Assembly: GCA_964187785.1 (NCBI GenBank)
Contig: OZ076415.1
Span: 70,370,001 to 70,434,000 of the forward strand
Length of the DNA stretch: 64,000 nt
Source: Amphiscolops sp. MND2022
Taxonomy: Eukaryota
Direction: 5' to 3'
The translations under genes and the position numbers were made by a program. Shown here piece after piece: positions 59,261-64,000 of this stretch (position 1 is the first letter of the stretch; the number at the start of each line of letters is the position of its first letter). Under the pieces are notes generated by a model. That model ran no database searches. It was not told where the DNA came from and worked only from the letters and a program-made list of their open reading frames with translations.

Positions 59261-59870
59261 AAATGCTCGGAGTCTGTGAAGTAGTCTCATTTCTGTAGCT
59301 GCTGTAATGAAAATAAGCCATTTTGTTGGTATTTTTAGCTGAACAGAAACTACCTTTTAGCGTTTTAAAAATATATAAAGCGTTTTAAAAATCGAAATTT
59401 ATGTTGATACAGCAAATATTGATATGTTGTCAATGGTTCTCGAGCAAAAATTGTTGATCAGTCTTTCTAACGAAAACGCATCAAACATGTTCTGCATTAT
59501 CACTAATGAAACCTTTTCAACAAACGCTCACCCAAAAACTGAAGTCACCCAACTTTACTGTATTTCAACAGTAATGAAGATTCTATTGCATGCAACATCT
59601 CTAGATTTTTAAATCTTTATAGAGATGATATAATCCGGGACAGCTGAAAACGTAAACTATTCTCTAATAAGATTGCACCATTACATAAAACATCTCAACA
59701 AACATTAAAAATTAAGAACCCGAGCTCTCCAATCAAGACACAAAACCAGCTAAATTGAGAAGCTTTCAAACGAAGTAAACTTCCTAAGCAAAATGCGAGT
59801 TGCAAATGGAATTCTAAAACTTTTATAAGACTGATGTAAAACTGAGAAAACTTGGGAATACTGTTCTAAA

Positions 59871-60344
59871 AACAATCCAGGAACGGGCCAAGTTGGCACC
59901 CCGCTGAAGGCTCAGAAAAAGCGATACCATTTGAATGAGCTCGAGTTCAATCATTGAAAAAAAATGTTTGTCAATCTCACAGTGACAAAAGCACCTTATG
60001 GGCACCCATGAGATTCGAAAAACACTTTTCATTAAATAAAGACATTTTGAAGTTGTCAAAAGTCGCAGTGCCAAAAAAACGAAAAAACCTTTGACCTAGT
60101 CTAATTTTCCAAACAACAAAAATCTTTTAGTTCCGCTCGAGATTCAAAACCCACAACCAGATTCTAGGTTGCGAAGCAGGCAGCCTAACCACGAGGCTTG
60201 GCCGTAAAGAAAGCCTCACAATCAAGGAATTTTTATGGAATTATAAAATTTATAGAAAGTGGTCGCTACAGTTACAGCTAAAGAACAAACTTGCAACTAT
60301 TTTGTGTAAGAATCTTGCATTTTCCAAAAAGCGCCTATTGAAAA
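59871..60344 (+). mobile_element. Diverged HINE-like copy carrying an antisense tRNA-like cassette (60131-60203)
   Basis: Head AACAATCCAGGAACGGGCCAAGTTGGCACCCC; tail AAAAAGCGCCTATTGAAAA. The minus strand has GTGGTTAGG...CTTCGCA...GGGTTTTGAATCTCG. Confidence 0.45.
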
Positions 60345-60965
60345 CGTTTAGTACCGCATACTTCAGTCTTTTCCTTCATTTCCAATATTTTTCTAGCGCA
60401 AAGTAGTTCGAGCAATTAAAGCAACGAGTGTCAGAGCAAACGCTGATTCCTTTATCCAGGCTCCTAATTTCAGCGTTAAACTGCAAGCTGAGTGACAATT
60501 TTTGCTAATTTCTAGTTTTGCATTTCGACTTAATAAAGGGTTAATTTTTGCTCCACAGATACTCCAAGCTTTTTCAACACACTCTGCAAGTAGTTAAGTA
60601 GTTCCAAAAGAAAACTCAAAATTGTCTGACCAGCAAGCTATTTCATTAGATTCCAGGACTAAACTAGTACAATTACAAATATTGAAAGTTCAATCCCTTA
60701 CAAAATTTAGAAGTTCCAGGAGTTGAAAACTGAATGTATCTCTATCAGGTCAAAATCTCTTTTATGTGTGAAAATAGGAGTATTCTCTTAACCGCATTAC
60801 TCAGAACCAGGGTTGTAACAAAAAACAGCTGCGCTTTTAAGCTTGACTCCAAATTAGTTCAAAATTAGTTTTGAACTGGAAGGAAAGTAGAATTCATTTC
60901 TCAAAGGAAAATTTCTGTCCAAATTTTGCTACTTCGTTTTTAGTATGTTATCGATTGTGTAAATC

Positions 60966-62918
60966 GACAAAAAGCGCCCCCATTCTATAGTCATAAGCGC
61001 CTCGCTAAGTTTTGAACTGCTTTCATCGTCTCTAATTAAATCTAATTGAAGATGTTCAAACAAAATAATTCACTGGTAATGCCATGTTTAACATTTTCAC
61101 ATTTAACGAATTCCAATTGAAATCGACTTGAATCGTTAATATTGGCAAATCTGTCAATAAAATGTAAATTATTTTCCGTCCATATTTCATATGGGAAAGA
61201 AAAAAATGAATCAGCCGATTTTTTCCCCATAATTTTCCCCAAATGTTCGAAATTTATACCTAACTGAAGGGTTTTACCCATAGAATTCAACGTAAAAACC
61301 GTTCAACAAGTGAAACATTCGTTGTCCAGTAGTAGGCTCTTCGAAAGAGATAAATGCAATTTTTCAATTTAAAAAAGCTTCAAATCGACACCCGAAAAGC
61401 ATAAAAACTTTTACAAACAAAAAACACAAACTTTTACAAATTTTAGCGGTTTTATGCAATTTGTCAAACATTCCAAAAATTTGGTGAATTAAAACGTTTA
61501 AACGAATTCGTTGTCCAATAGGCTTTTTGGGGATATAAAAGCAAATTCGTAACAGAAAATGGCAAAAAAGACCCAAAATAGTCGAAAAATTATTGTGAAA
61601 ATATGAAAAAGTTAGTGACATAGTGCAACAATTGAATTCGTTGTGGAGTAGGCTTTTTAATAGATGAATGCAGAAGTTTTCATTAAAAATATGCCTTAGT
61701 TTGACACCAAAAAAGTAGAAAAATTGAAATTTTCTAAGCTTGAAAACATTCAAAGATGAAGAGACTAGCTATGCAGTGTTTTGTGGAGAGAGAGAGAGAG
61801 AGAGTTGCTGTTTTGCTTCAAATACATTTCAATGATTTCAATGAGTGGAGTAAAAATTATTTTCAACGTTTTTATGCAATTCTTGTGGAAAAATTTGAAT
61901 CGTTTTGATCATAATCTGAAAAGGTGTTCAAAACAATAGCAGTCGACATCCACTTGTTTTTTTGAAGACATATTTGCAAATCGGTGTTTGAAAAGAAAAC
62001 TCAAATGACCTAAAAATTGTCAAAACATCGAAATTTTCGTTTTCGACAATTTCAGTGATTGTTTGTGTAAAGCTTCTTGAGTTTAACGGTTTTAAAAGTA
62101 CAGAATACTTATCAAAGTATTCAATACGCCTTCAAAAGGAAAACTTGATAGCTTTCTAGGTAGAACAATATCTCAATGGCCCCAATCCCAAATGTTTTTC
62201 GAATTTCGTGTAATTTTAGAACTTTGCGAAATTTCGTATGCTAGAAGAATGAAAACTTTCAACAGCAAACAACTTCGTTGTACAGTAGGCTTTTTGGAAC
62301 TGAATCGCAGTCTCGCGCTAGAAAAGACACAAAATAATCTCATAAAATTTTTCCAATCTTATGGACACTTTCAAATATAAATAAGAGAAATTGTGTATTT
62401 GAGAAATTTCAAAAAGGTGTAAACGATATAATTGGGTGTGCATTAAATTTTCAAAAAACTGATTTTGCAGTTTTGTATGTAGAAAAGTACCTCAGAATGA
62501 CCATAAGTGATTGAAAAATCCAAAAGTTTTAGACGTTTTTTGCGAAGTTTGGTGAAATTTTTGAGCTACTTAATAGATTAGATTTTAGATTGGTGTAAAG
62601 ATTCAATTTTTTCCTTTATAAAAATTTTTTCACTTGAAACTTCTTGACATTTTCATCGCTACTCTTGAGACTCGTAATTATGTCGTTGCTAGAACAGTTC
62701 GGACGGAAAATATCCCGCTGGTCAGCGGGCGCCTTGTTTCTTAAAGCAGCTATTAGTGAATACGCTGTTTTAAAACTGACACTTGTTTTATTCAACTGGA
62801 GTTAGGAACTGGAGTCAGCAAGTTGGCGGAGGAAAAGAATGAGCAACTTCCATGTAGCCTTTGATAGGGGCGCTTCTGACTGTGTATTTTGGGCGCCTTT
62901 GACTAGGGCGCTTTTGTC
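60966..62918. mobile_element. About 2-kb non-autonomous TIR element with GGGCGCTTYTGAC subterminal repeats
   Basis: GACAAAAAGCGCCC (60966) and AGTCATAAGCGCCT (60989) are inverted relative to copies at 62868, 62891 and 62905. TTCGTTGT..AGTAGGC recurs internally. No coding capacity. Confidence 0.5.
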
Positions 62919-64000
62919 TGGTAACTGTTATTGATGTATCCATGGAGCGTTCCTGTAAGTTATTATTCTAGTAAAGAGGTCATTTCTATTGATATCTATT
63001 CTCATCAGAAACTACGGACTGCAAAACAAAATCAAACCTTCCATTCATACTGACAATGTTGAGTTTTGCATGTTTCGGTTAAATTCGACAGTATTATTAC
63101 CGAAAGTAAAAATATTTTATATTGCTAAAACAATTTTGAACCAGTTTGATTCAACTGTCGCGGCATTTCAGATTCGAAATTTTAATTTGCGAAATTACTT
63201 CGGAAGAAATTCTAACAATGTTCCGGTGCCTCTTGCTTGGGGTTGATAAATTGCGCAATTTTACTGAGAGTGGTTTCTTTAGCGTTATCGCCTTCAATTC
63301 CTTTGGCCCATCGAGCGATGGTGTTTGAATTTCATATGACAGGCCACAAGTTGACCAACAGTGGATTAGCTGTTTACAGAAACATAGAAACCTTTTCATG
63401 CTTGAAACTATGTATGATTCACCCGCAATGCATTTCCATAAATTGGAACCGAAAAGGATTTTGTCAGCTAAACTCTCAGGATAATTATTCGTTTAAGAGT
63501 ATTCTCCAAATCGATCCCAATTTCAACTTTTCTGGAATTTCTATTCTATTGCACACAACATTCTAACACGGCATAAATGTAAAAAAACTACAAAAAGTCT
63601 CTAAATTAACATGTGAATGAAGTTTTACAGAATTTACGGCTAGTATCGTCACCACAATAAATTTTTAAAAATGTAATCATAAGGTTAGCTATAAAAAGTT
63701 TGTTAGTTTTCAATGTTAATTTGTTCCATCATTTGATCAACGTGTATAATGTCTCCTCTGTCGTGCTGGGGTTCATGTAAAACAGTATAAGACCTAGTAT
63801 CGTCGTTAATTTTTTCTCCAAACAACTGCTTCCACGAAAAGTTGATACTTCTGCATTATGGGAATAAAAATTCAACAGCTGACGTTTAAAATTTTTTCAT
63901 GATTTTATATCCAGATGTTACAATTTTCAGGTTTGGCTGATATCACAAATTGAACAGCGATTTCTGTTTATGACTGGACTGTTGCGCAATCGCCCGACAG

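Overview
AT-rich eukaryotic (animal-like) genomic DNA made almost entirely of nested transposable elements; no prokaryotic operon, rRNA or CRISPR signal was seen. Left to right: a decayed BEL/Pao LTR element (907-13415) interrupted by a Copia element (5-bp TSD GAGCT) and a small MITE; a young, apparently intact 15.3-kb Ty3/Gypsy element (15590-30851, minus strand, 1032-bp LTRs differing at about 6 positions by eye, TSD CCGCC); a 1.69-kb tandem duplication; relics of LINEs (I/Jockey-like, CR1/L2-like, CRE-like), a Mutator transposase and a second Copia; a probable C-type lectin gene or pseudogene; and about ten copies of a Helentron/HINE-like non-autonomous family. The main result is inside the Gypsy element. 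Between pol and the 3' LTR it carries a 7-exon gene on the antisense (+) strand: six GT-AG introns, all phase-compatible, giving 1126 aa. The protein has a C-x2-C-x16-H-x5-H zinc finger and what looks like a catalytically dead hAT-transposase scaffold. The same element starts gag 114 codons inside its LTR, so the PBS is protein-coding, and it has a canonical A_AAA_AAC -1 frameshift site into pol. All alignments and identities were made by eye; no database searches were run.
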